DNA of 64,000 bases from Bacteroidales bacterium (GTDB lineage Bacteria > Bacteroidota > Bacteroidia > Bacteroidales > FEN-979), in NCBI GenBank assembly GCA_049317265.1, contig JBMOIP010000007.1, positions 69,194-133,193 of the forward strand, read 5' to 3'. Every line of letters begins with the position of its first letter. The stretch's first letter is position 1. The position numbers were made by a program, and so were the translations under genes. Below are positions 8,757 through 17,302 of the stretch, piece after piece. Below the pieces are notes generated by a model. It was given only the letters and a program-made list of their open reading frames with translations. It was not told the origin of the DNA and did not search any database.

Positions 8757-10832
8757 ATGGCTGAACAAAAGAAGTTCATTCCTTTCGTCTCTGCTGAGAC
8801 AAACATGAAAGAATTTACCGTTCGGGCGCTGATCATTGGTCTTTTCTTTGCCGTTATTCTTGGCGCAGCCAATGCTTACCTCGGATTAAAAGCCGGCATG
8901 ACCATCGCCGCAACTTATCCCGCCGCCGTTCTTGGAATGGCTATTCTGCGGATGATGAAAGGTACCATCCTCGAAGAAAACTTCACCCGTACCGTTGGTT
9001 CCATTGGTGAATCGGTTGCCGCAGGCGCCATTTTCACCCTGCCGGCATTTTTCGTCTCCGGTATATGGTCTGAGTTTTTTACCATGGGTCACTACATCAC
9101 CTCCTCACTTATCCTCATTGCAGGGGGTGTCCTCGGAATCATGTTCGTTGCATTGCTTCGCCGTGTAATGGTGGAAGATGCCGAACTTCCTTTCCCTGAA
9201 TCAGTTGCAGCCGCAGAAATTCACAAGGCAGGACAGGGTGGATCGGGTGGATCAAAGTTCCTCTTCTGGTCAATGGGACTTGGAGGCCTGATCAAGATAT
9301 TGGGTGAACTCCAGCTCTTCCAGTACCTCTGGGAAAAATTTGTGGTTTTCGGAAAACAAACCATTACAGGAACCGTATTCACCGGCCAGGGTGGTATGCT
9401 GCTCAGCTCCCCCGGAGTAAGCCCTGCCTATATGGGTGTGGGTTATATCATTGGCCCGAAGCTTGGCGCGCTGAACTTCAGCGGTGGTATCCTTGCCTGG
9501 GGACTTATGGCCCCCATGATCATGTATTTCCTGATCCCAAGCATCAATTTCCAGGATTGGGCAGCCTTTCTGATGGCTAAAGACCCCACCATGACGCTCG
9601 ATACCGCCATGGCCAAAGTCACCGACCCTGCTTACGAAATCAACCAGATCTGGAAATTTATCATTCGTCCCATCGCCATCGGGGGTATGCTTGTGAGCGC
9701 CGGATTTACATTATTTAAAATGAGGAAAAGCCTCACCACGGGGATTGCCCGGTCTGTGAAAGATGTGAAAAAAGCCGCTTCAGGAATTGACCATAATGTT
9801 CCCAGGAATGAAAAAGACATCAGCTTCAGCTGGATCATGATTGGCATCGCCGCCGTTGCAGTGCTTACCTTCTGTATAACCTTCTTCATCTTTCAAACCA
9901 ACATCCTGATTGCTGTGGTTGCTTCTACGGTGATGATCATCCTGGCTTTCTTCTTTGCATCTGTTTCTGGATACCTGGTCGGGATCATGGGTTCATCCAA
10001 TAACCCGATCAGCGGACTTACCCTTACCGCGCTTGTTGTTACCGCGCTCATCCTTGTTGCGCTAGGCGTACAGGGTGATGCAGGTGTGGCAACCGTGTTG
10101 GGTGTTGCCGCCATCGTATGCGTTTCTGCCGCTGTTGCCGGTGAAATGCTCCAGGATCTGAAAGCAGGTCATATCCTTGGCGGAACACCATGGCGCATGC
10201 AGATTGGTGATATCCTCGGAGTTATCCTGGCAGGTGCCGTTATGTTTGTGGTTCTCGCCTTCCTGAACGATGGCGATATCGCCAGCGGGAAAAATCTCGG
10301 ATACCAGGGTGGTTTCGGAAGTAAAAACCTTTCTGCCCCGCAGGCCAGCCTCATGGCCATCCTGTCGCGCGGTATTGTCCAGGGACAAATGGCCTGGCCG
10401 CTTATTATCGCCGGAATGCTGATGGGGGTAGCCTTCATCCTTATGCAGGTGAAAAGTCCGATGCTCGTCAGCGTCGGGATGTATTTGCCGATTGAAACCA
10501 CGTTTGCAATCTTTGTCGGCGGTCTGATCAAAGGCGCTGTTGAAATGTACTCTGAAAAACGGAAACATAACGATGCACAGAAGGTACGGGTTGAAAATAC
10601 CGGGGTGCTCCTGGCCTCGGGCATGATCGCGGGGGAGGCGCTCATGGGACTGCTCATCGCCATCTTCGCCGTGTTCAACATCTTCCTTTACAACTATTTC
10701 AGTTTCTTCAAAACACCGACTTTCTATATTAGTTTCGTTGTTCTGGCTATCATCGCCTACGTGCTGATCCAGATTCCATTGAAAAATGCAGGAAAACCTG
10801 ACGATCCTGCTCCCCCTGCTTCAGGGATGTAA
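8757..10832 (+). CDS. OPT-family oligopeptide transporter
   Basis: This is a 691-aa polytopic membrane protein. EFTVRALIIGLFFAVILGAANAYLGLKAGMTI and NPISGLTLTAL are typical of the OPT superfamily. Confidence 0.85.
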   Translation: MAEQKKFIPFVSAETNMKEFTVRALIIGLFFAVILGAANAYLGLKAGMTIAATYPAAVLGMAILRMMKGTILEENFTRTVGSIGESVAAGAIFTLPAFFVSGIWSEFFTMGHYITSSLILIAGGVLGIMFVALLRRVMVEDAELPFPESVAAAEIHKAGQGGSGGSKFLFWSMGLGGLIKILGELQLFQYLWEKFVVFGKQTITGTVFTGQGGMLLSSPGVSPAYMGVGYIIGPKLGALNFSGGILAWGLMAPMIMYFLIPSINFQDWAAFLMAKDPTMTLDTAMAKVTDPAYEINQIWKFIIRPIAIGGMLVSAGFTLFKMRKSLTTGIARSVKDVKKAASGIDHNVPRNEKDISFSWIMIGIAAVAVLTFCITFFIFQTNILIAVVASTVMIILAFFFASVSGYLVGIMGSSNNPISGLTLTALVVTALILVALGVQGDAGVATVLGVAAIVCVSAAVAGEMLQDLKAGHILGGTPWRMQIGDILGVILAGAVMFVVLAFLNDGDIASGKNLGYQGGFGSKNLSAPQASLMAILSRGIVQGQMAWPLIIAGMLMGVAFILMQVKSPMLVSVGMYLPIETTFAIFVGGLIKGAVEMYSEKRKHNDAQKVRVENTGVLLASGMIAGEALMGLLIAIFAVFNIFLYNYFSFFKTPTFYISFVVLAIIAYVLIQIPLKNAGKPDDPAPPASGM

Positions 10833-10850
10833 CAGGACCACATGATTCGA

Positions 10851-10892
10851 GAGAGAGCTGTTTCATTTTCCCGGAACAGCTCTCTTTATTTG
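10851..10892 (+). terminator. Intrinsic terminator after the OPT gene
   Basis: An 11-bp stem AGAGAGCTGTT / AACAGCTCTCT is followed by TTATTTG. Confidence 0.65.
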
Positions 10893-10984
10893 AGATTGCA
10901 GATTTGCAGGGATTCCCTCATTAGAATTTCAGATTCAATGATATTTCATCTGGTCAATTCCCAAACCATGATCCATTCTGTTTC

Positions 10985-11077
10985 CCTCTGTGACTCTCAC
11001 TGTCTTCTCAGTGGTACTCTGTGTAATTTTGTTTCACCGAGTACCACTGAGAAACCGCACAGAGAGCCACAGAGAGG
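10985..11077. repeat. Long imperfect palindromic intergenic element A (CCTCTGTG...CACAGAGAGG type)
   Basis: The left arm is CCTCTGTGACTCTCACTGTCTTCTCAGTGGTACTC. The right arm is GAGTACCACTGAGAAACCGCACAGAGAGCCACAGAGAGG. The inner 15 bp pair perfectly and the outer part pairs imperfectly. Confidence 0.85.
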
Positions 11078-11152
11078 AATTTCTTGAATAATTCAAATCA
11101 AAAAAACATCAGGGTTTGCGAAACTTAATCCTCCTATAAACCAATTAAATTC

Positions 11153-11551
11153 ATGAATTTCTTCAAGCGCCGGCGAATTTTCAAAGAGGCTAACTTCCTT
11201 GACCTGCATCCCGTGAGAGTATTGGGACACGATATACGCGATGATGGCGGCATCACCCTGCTGATGCCCAGGTTTAAGAACAAGGTCAATTCAGCGCTTT
11301 TCCAGCCTAATTCCAAAGAGCGCTACATCTTTATCAAACTCGACCGGTTTGGGGGATATACCTGGCTGCAAATCGACGGTCATTCAACCGTATCGCAAAT
11401 CTGTGAAAAACTGAAAGAACAATTTCCTGAAGAACTCCAGCCTGTCGAAGAGACCGAAGTGAGGGTTACCAATTTCCTTTCCAAATTATACCAGGAACGA
11501 TATATTACTTTCGTTGAAATTCAGGAGGAAACATCACATCATGCCAAATAA
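11153..11551 (+). CDS. PqqD-family (RRE-like peptide-binding) protein
   Basis: GGYTWLQIDGHSTVSQICEKLKEQFPEE...EVRVTNFLSKLYQERYITF matches the PqqD winged-helix pattern (name-G-xx-T-xx-EI...L...y, then D-V-xx-FL-xx-L). Confidence 0.6.
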   Translation: MNFFKRRRIFKEANFLDLHPVRVLGHDIRDDGGITLLMPRFKNKVNSALFQPNSKERYIFIKLDRFGGYTWLQIDGHSTVSQICEKLKEQFPEELQPVEETEVRVTNFLSKLYQERYITFVEIQEETSHHAK

Positions 11552-11583
11552 TTTACTAATTTTGACGTTATACAAATAAATAA

Positions 11584-11676
11584 ATGCCACAAAGACACCA
11601 AGGCACTAAGATGCACCAAGTGTTATCTATCTATGGTTATACTTGGTGAAACTTAGTGCCATTGTGACTTTGTGGC
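11584..11676. repeat. Palindromic intergenic element B (TGCCACAAAG-CACCAAGGCAC family)
   Basis: The arms are TGCCACAAAGACACCAAGGCACTAAGATGCACCAAG and CTTGGTGAAACTTAGTGCCATTGTGACTTTGTGGCA. They are about 36 nt each, imperfectly complementary, separated by a 20-nt loop and followed by AAAAAA. Confidence 0.9.
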
Positions 11677-11715
11677 AAAAAATCCATATTCAATTATTTA
11701 TAAAGAAATCTGATC

Positions 11716-13176
11716 ATGAGTAACGAAATCTTACAGCTCGACCCCAAAGCATTGTGGAAAAACTTTCACAGCTTAACGCAAATCCCAAGGCCTTCCAAAA
11801 AAGAAGATCAGATCAGGGAATTTATCTACAATTTTGGTAAAAACCTCGGACTCGAAACAATCCAGGATGAGGTGGGCAATGTGATTATCCGCAAACCGGC
11901 GACTCCGGGAATGGAGAACCGCAAAGGGGTTGTCCTCCAGGGCCACCTTGACATGGTTCCTCAAAAAAACAGCGACAAAGTCCACGACTTTGAAAAAGAT
12001 CCCATCGAAACCATCGTTGATGGCGAATGGGTTCGTGCCAACGGAACCACATTGGGCGCCGATAATGGAATGGGTGTTGCCGCAGCCATGGCAGTTCTTG
12101 AATCAAAAGACATGCAGCATGGCCCTATTGAAGCCCTTTTCACTTCAGACGAAGAGACTGGCATGACTGGCGCCACAGGTTTGAAGGCAGGTGTTTTAAA
12201 AGGTGATATCCTTGTAAATATGGATTCTGAGGATGAAGGTGAGCTTTACATCGGCTGTGCCGGCGGTACAAACGGAAATATTACCTTTTCCTATAACGAG
12301 CAACCGTTAACAGGCAGCTATACCGGGTACAAAATCAATGTTACCGGGCTGAAAGGCGGACACAGCGGTGTGGATATCCACCTTGGCCGCGGCAACGCCA
12401 ACAAGATTATGAACCGGATCCTTCATCATGTTTACATGAAACATGGCGTACTGGTGGCCTCCCTCGACGGTGGAAGCCTCCGCAATGCAATACCCCGTGA
12501 AGCTTTTTCGGTTGTTGCTGTTCCAACAGAACATGTGGCTGGGTTTCTTAAATGTGTTGCCAATCAAACGGTAAAAATTAAAAATGAACTCTCCGCCGTT
12601 GAACCAACACTCAAGATCGAAGCAGTAGTTGCGGAAACTCCGAAGGCTGTTATTGATCCCAAAGTCCTTCTTAACTGCATGAATGCCATTTATGCCTGCC
12701 CGAACGGGGTGATGCGCATGAGCAACGAAATGGCAGGTCTGGTTGAAACATCCAACAACCTTGCCATCGTCAAATCTGATAATGGAACTATCAAGATCAT
12801 GAACCTGTTACGCAGTTCAGTCGACTCTGCCAAGGATGAACTCCAGCAGATGATCCAGAGTGTGTTTGACCTGGCAGGAGCTGTGTCGGTGTTCGACGGA
12901 AGCTACCCGGGCTGGAAACCAAATCCAGGCTCCCCTATTCTGAAAACGATGCAGGATGTTTACAATAAAAAATATGGTAACATTCCTGAAATCAAGGCGA
13001 TTCATGCAGGACTCGAATGCGGGATATTGGGAGGAGCATACCCCAATTGGGACATGATCTCTTTTGGACCGACCATCCGATTCCCCCACTCTCCCGACGA
13101 AAAAGTAAATATTGCAACCGTCGTGAAATTCTGGGATTTCCTCGTAGAGACACTCAAGAATATTCCTGTAAAATAA
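11716..13176 (+). CDS. pepD: Aminoacyl-histidine (Xaa-His) dipeptidase PepD, M20 family
   Basis: LDPKALWKNFHSLTQIPRPSKKE, LQGHLDMVPQKN, GADNGMGVA and FTSDEETGMTGA match the PepD pattern. Confidence 0.9.
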   Translation: MSNEILQLDPKALWKNFHSLTQIPRPSKKEDQIREFIYNFGKNLGLETIQDEVGNVIIRKPATPGMENRKGVVLQGHLDMVPQKNSDKVHDFEKDPIETIVDGEWVRANGTTLGADNGMGVAAAMAVLESKDMQHGPIEALFTSDEETGMTGATGLKAGVLKGDILVNMDSEDEGELYIGCAGGTNGNITFSYNEQPLTGSYTGYKINVTGLKGGHSGVDIHLGRGNANKIMNRILHHVYMKHGVLVASLDGGSLRNAIPREAFSVVAVPTEHVAGFLKCVANQTVKIKNELSAVEPTLKIEAVVAETPKAVIDPKVLLNCMNAIYACPNGVMRMSNEMAGLVETSNNLAIVKSDNGTIKIMNLLRSSVDSAKDELQQMIQSVFDLAGAVSVFDGSYPGWKPNPGSPILKTMQDVYNKKYGNIPEIKAIHAGLECGILGGAYPNWDMISFGPTIRFPHSPDEKVNIATVVKFWDFLVETLKNIPVK

Positions 13177-13201
13177 ATTTTGGATTTAAACTTTTATTTC
13201 T

Positions 13202-13209
13202 TACTTTTG
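13202..13209 (+). promoter_or_regulatory. -7 promoter box (TACTTTTG) for rpmH
   Basis: It lies 22 nt upstream of ATG 13232. Confidence 0.5.
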
Positions 13210-13231
13210 CAGTCCCAAAAATTAATGTGAG

Positions 13232-13393
13232 ATGACAAAGAGAACGTATCAGCCCTCGAACAGAAAGAGAAAAAACAAACACGGTTTTCGTGAACGCATG
13301 GCAACTGCCAATGGACGTAAAGTATTGGCTGCCAGAAGGGCTAAAGGAAGAAAGAAGTTGACTGTATCCGACGAAAAATTGGACAAAGAATAA
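13232..13393 (+). CDS. rpmH: 50S ribosomal protein L34
   Basis: My own translation is [53 protein letters not shown]. The first ~45 aa are the L34 consensus. The gene is absent from the track because it is under 60 aa. Confidence 0.93.
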   Translation: MTKRTYQPSNRKRKNKHGFRERMATANGRKVLAARRAKGRKKLTVSDEKLDKE

Positions 13394-13444
13394 TAATTCT
13401 TTTCTTGATTGACAGGATCAATCCGAATTTTACGCAATTTTGTG

Positions 13445-13486
13445 AAAAAAAGAAGATAACATCAGTTTATCTTCTTTTTTTATTTT
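13445..13486 (+). terminator. Intrinsic terminator after rpmH
   Basis: A perfect 9-bp stem AGAAGATAA / TTATCTTCT with a 7-nt loop is followed by TTTTTTTATTTT. Confidence 0.75.
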
Positions 13487-13517
13487 AACATGTTCCCTGA
13501 AACCATAAGTCGCTGAC

Positions 13518-15998
13518 ATGAAAAACCTTGAATTCAAAAAACTGCTTCCTTACCTGGCCGCTATCGTCATTTTCCTGGTAGTTACGCTGGCCTATTTCAC
13601 CCCGCTGCTCGAAGGGAAAAAAATTCTTCAGAGTGACATCGTCAATTTCAGGGGGATGTCGAAGGAGATTGTCGACTTCCGCGCAAAAACAGGACAGGAG
13701 CCGCTCTGGACGAATTCAATGTTCGGAGGAATGCCGGCATACCAGATTTCGGCTAATTACACTTCAAATCTTGTCGGGCACCTCGATAAGGTGCTTACCC
13801 TGGGGCTACCCCATCCGGCCAGCCTGGTTTTCCTCTATTTCCTCGGGTTTTTCATACTTCTTCTTGTAATGGGAGTCGATCCATGGCTATCCGTTGCAGG
13901 AGCAACCGCATTTGCCTTCTCCTCCTATTTCTTCATCATCATCGATGCAGGGCATAATTCAAAAGCCCATGCTATTGCCTACATGGCTCCCGTCATGGCA
14001 GGGATCATCCTGACCATGAAACGGAAATATATCTGGGGCGGACTGATGACAGCGATTTTCCTATCCCTGGAAGTTAAAGCAAATCATCCTCAGATCACCT
14101 ACTACCTGGCCATGATTGCCATGCTTTACGGACTATTCCAGCTCATCCAATCCATCCGGGTTAAGGAGTTGACACCATTTTTAAAATCAGTTGGAATCCT
14201 GGTCATTGCACTTGCTTTTGCCGTACTCACCAACATTACAAGTCTTTGGGCCACCTGGGAATATGGAAAATACACCATTCGCGGGCAATCAGAACTGACC
14301 AGCAATAAAGGCAACAGGACAACAGGCCTCGACAAAGACTATGCAACCCAGTGGAGTTATGGGATTGGGGAGACCATGACCTTGCTGATTCCCGATTTCT
14401 ACGGAGGATCATCCAGTGCAAAAGTGGGCGCCAGTTCAAAAATTGCAGAAGCCATGAGGACCAACGGAGTTCCCGACGGAAGCATCGCCCAGTTTACAAG
14501 CCAGCCATTGCCCTTCCTCTATTGGGGAGCGCAACCCTTTACCTCCGGGCCGGTTTATGTCGGGGCAATCCTCGTATTCCTTTTCCTGCTCGGGCTCATC
14601 ATTGTTAAAGGACCAGTAAAATGGTGGCTTCTCACTGCCACAATTCTTTCCATTCTGCTTTCCTGGGGACATAATTTTATGCCTCTGACCGATTTTTTCC
14701 TGAACTACCTGCCTGGTTATAATAAGTTTCGCGCTGTTTCGATGATCCTGGTTATTGCTGAATTCACCATTCCACTGCTTGGAATACTTGCACTTAAGGA
14801 GATATGTGATAAAAAACAGGAGCAAAAGCGACTTTTCAGGGGCCTGCAAATTGCCTTCGCGATCAGTGCCGGCATTACCCTTTTCTTTGCCGTGATGCCC
14901 GGGATGTTTCTCGATTTCGTTGGTGCGGGCGACCGTTACATGCAGCAGCAATACCAGTTACCCGACTGGCTCATGCAGGGCATCCGTGACGAAAGGCTGC
15001 GTGTGCTCCGCATGGATTCGATCCGGTCATTTGTGTTTATCCTCCTCGCCGGCGGGCTCACATGGGCACTTTTATTCAGCAAAATCAAAAAAGAGTATGC
15101 GTTCCTGGCGCTCACAGTGATCCTCCTGGCTGATATGTTTACTGTAAACAAACGTTATCTCAGCAACGACAGCTTTACATCAGCCTCCCGTGTTGAAAAT
15201 CCGTTTGAACCTACTGCAGCCGACAACCAGATCCTCCAGGATACTTCTCCAGACTACAGGGTGCTTAACCTGACGACCAGCACGTTCAACGACGCCGGAA
15301 CCTCCTACTACCATAAATCACTCGGTGGTTACCACGGAGCCAAACTGCGCCGCTACCAGGAACTCATCGATCATGGAATCCAGAAAGACATTGAAACTTT
15401 TTCAAAAAGCATGAGCACCGATAGTACTCCTGTCTTAAACATGCTGAATACCAAATATTTCATCCTGCCAAATAATGACAAGCAACCCGTTGCATTTCCA
15501 AACCCCCGGGCATTGGGAAATGCATGGTTTGTGAAAAATGTTCAAATGGTTGACAATGCAGATGCCGAAATAAAGGCAATAGCAGGTTTTAAACCGGATT
15601 CACTGGCAATTGTTGACAAATCCTTCTCAGGTAATCTCACGGCATTCACCCCGGCCAGGGATAGTGCGGATGTAATTTCCCTTGATAAATATGCTGCCAA
15701 TGAACTCGAATACAGTTATAAGTCGAAGAATAGCGGACTGGCCGTGTTTTCCGAAATCTACTATCCCAAAGGCTGGAATGCATATGTTGACGGACAGATC
15801 ACCCCTCATTTCCGTGCCGATTATGTTCTGCGTGCCATGGTGCTTCCTGCAGGAGAACACAAAGTGCGCTTCAAATTCGAACCCGGTGTTTACCTCATCG
15901 GGGAGAAAATATCCCTCATAAGTTCGATCATTCTTATCCTTGTGTCATTGATCTTTGTGGCCCTCGAACTGATGAAAACCCGCAAGCCGGTGGCATGA
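13518..15998 (+). CDS. YfhO-family polytopic membrane protein (putative glycan/lipid-linked sugar transferase)
   Basis: The 826-aa protein has many TM helices in its N-terminal two thirds, a soluble domain, and a final C-terminal TM helix (ISLISSIILILVSLIFVAL). This is the architecture I associate with YfhO. Confidence 0.55.
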   Translation: MKNLEFKKLLPYLAAIVIFLVVTLAYFTPLLEGKKILQSDIVNFRGMSKEIVDFRAKTGQEPLWTNSMFGGMPAYQISANYTSNLVGHLDKVLTLGLPHPASLVFLYFLGFFILLLVMGVDPWLSVAGATAFAFSSYFFIIIDAGHNSKAHAIAYMAPVMAGIILTMKRKYIWGGLMTAIFLSLEVKANHPQITYYLAMIAMLYGLFQLIQSIRVKELTPFLKSVGILVIALAFAVLTNITSLWATWEYGKYTIRGQSELTSNKGNRTTGLDKDYATQWSYGIGETMTLLIPDFYGGSSSAKVGASSKIAEAMRTNGVPDGSIAQFTSQPLPFLYWGAQPFTSGPVYVGAILVFLFLLGLIIVKGPVKWWLLTATILSILLSWGHNFMPLTDFFLNYLPGYNKFRAVSMILVIAEFTIPLLGILALKEICDKKQEQKRLFRGLQIAFAISAGITLFFAVMPGMFLDFVGAGDRYMQQQYQLPDWLMQGIRDERLRVLRMDSIRSFVFILLAGGLTWALLFSKIKKEYAFLALTVILLADMFTVNKRYLSNDSFTSASRVENPFEPTAADNQILQDTSPDYRVLNLTTSTFNDAGTSYYHKSLGGYHGAKLRRYQELIDHGIQKDIETFSKSMSTDSTPVLNMLNTKYFILPNNDKQPVAFPNPRALGNAWFVKNVQMVDNADAEIKAIAGFKPDSLAIVDKSFSGNLTAFTPARDSADVISLDKYAANELEYSYKSKNSGLAVFSEIYYPKGWNAYVDGQITPHFRADYVLRAMVLPAGEHKVRFKFEPGVYLIGEKISLISSIILILVSLIFVALELMKTRKPVA

Positions 15999-17302
15999 AG
16001 AGAGCGCTGATCATCAGTTATTACTGGCCACCCAGCGGTGGGGCCGGCGTGCAGCGATGGTTGAAATTTGTCAAGTACCTCCGCGATTTCGGGTGGGAAC
16101 CGGTTGTCTACTGCCCCGAAAATCCTGAATACCCCGAGACGGACCTTTCGCTCTTCAAAGATGTGCCCGCAAACCTGGAGGTTCTGAAATTTCCCATCTG
16201 GGAGCCATACAGCTGGTATAAAAAACTCCTTGGTCAGAAAAAAGAGGAGAAGATCAATGCCGCCTTTCTTTCAGAGAAAAAGAAGAATAAAACCCTGGAA
16301 AATATCTCCGTCTGGATCCGCGGTAACTTCTTCATCCCGGATGCCCGGAAATTCTGGATCAAACCATCCGTAAAATTCCTGAGTAACTACCTCGAGAGCC
16401 ACCCTGTTGACGTTCTGATATCCACCGGACCTCCGCACAGCACCCATATGATCGCCATGCAACTGGCTTCACGCAGGGGAATTCCATGGCTTGCCGATTT
16501 CCGTGATCCCTGGACGAACATCGATTTTTACAAGGACCTGAAACTATCATCCGCTTCCGACAAGCTTCATCACAGGCTGGAACTAGACGTCCTTCGTAAG
16601 GCAAATGCCGTTTCGGTGATCAGTAATACGATGGCTTCCGATTTTGGCAAGATCTATCACAGGAATTACGAGGTGATCACCAATGGATATGACAGCGCCG
16701 ATACTGACCACCCTGCGCCAGTGAAGGATCACAAATTCTCCATTGCCCACATTGGAACCCTGGTTGGATCACGCAACCCGGTTACCCTTTGGAAAGCCTT
16801 GAAATCTTTGTTGGCCACTCATCAGGATCTTGCCGCCGACCTCGAAATAAAGCTGGTTGGAAAGGTTGACTTTACCGTGACCACCGACCTGGAAAACTAC
16901 GGGCTGAGCCGGTTTGTCAGGAAAATTGATTACATGCCACACGACGAAGTAGTGCTTTGCCAGCAACAATCTCAACTCCTCCTGCTGATCATCAACAATA
17001 CTCCCAACGCCAGGATGATCCTTACCGGTAAATTTTTTGAATACCTTTCGGCAGGCCGTCCCATCCTTTGCCTCGGGCCTGCAGATGGCGATGCGGCAAA
17101 GATTCTGGCTGAAACCGGGACGGGCTTGCTTGCCGGATTTGGTGATGTGGAGACCATGAAAAAGCACATCCTTCAGTTTTACCAATCCTATAAAGATGGA
17201 ACGCTGTCGATAGCAGGAAAAGGAATTGAAAAATATTCAAGAAGGGAATTAACCAGGAAACTGGCCCTCATCCTTGACAATATGATTTCTGATAAAAATT
17301 AG
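15995..17302 (+). CDS. Glycosyltransferase, GT4/group-1-like
   Basis: ALIISYYWPPSGGAGVQRW at the N-terminus and GKFFEYLSAGRPILCLGP in the C-terminal half fit a GT-B fold. Its ATG overlaps the upstream stop codon (ATGA). Confidence 0.7.
   Translation: MKRALIISYYWPPSGGAGVQRWLKFVKYLRDFGWEPVVYCPENPEYPETDLSLFKDVPANLEVLKFPIWEPYSWYKKLLGQKKEEKINAAFLSEKKKNKTLENISVWIRGNFFIPDARKFWIKPSVKFLSNYLESHPVDVLISTGPPHSTHMIAMQLASRRGIPWLADFRDPWTNIDFYKDLKLSSASDKLHHRLELDVLRKANAVSVISNTMASDFGKIYHRNYEVITNGYDSADTDHPAPVKDHKFSIAHIGTLVGSRNPVTLWKALKSLLATHQDLAADLEIKLVGKVDFTVTTDLENYGLSRFVRKIDYMPHDEVVLCQQQSQLLLLIINNTPNARMILTGKFFEYLSAGRPILCLGPADGDAAKILAETGTGLLAGFGDVETMKKHILQFYQSYKDGTLSIAGKGIEKYSRRELTRKLALILDNMISDKN

Noticed and set aside
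10062-10681. Two ~170-aa minus-strand ORFs inside the OPT transporter gene
   Set aside because: They are antisense to a confidently identified membrane transporter. Their sequences are Arg/Pro/Ser-rich and typical of antisense frames.
10842-11087. An 81-aa plus-strand ORF after the OPT gene
   Set aside because: It is made entirely of the OPT terminator hairpin and palindromic element A. It has no coding-like composition or recognisable motif.
13249-13437. A 62-aa minus-strand ORF
   Set aside because: It is antisense to a perfect rpmH (L34) gene on the plus strand.
14436-14951. A 171-aa minus-strand ORF inside the YfhO-like gene
   Set aside because: It is an antisense shadow ORF with no motifs, and the sense frame encodes coherent TM helices.
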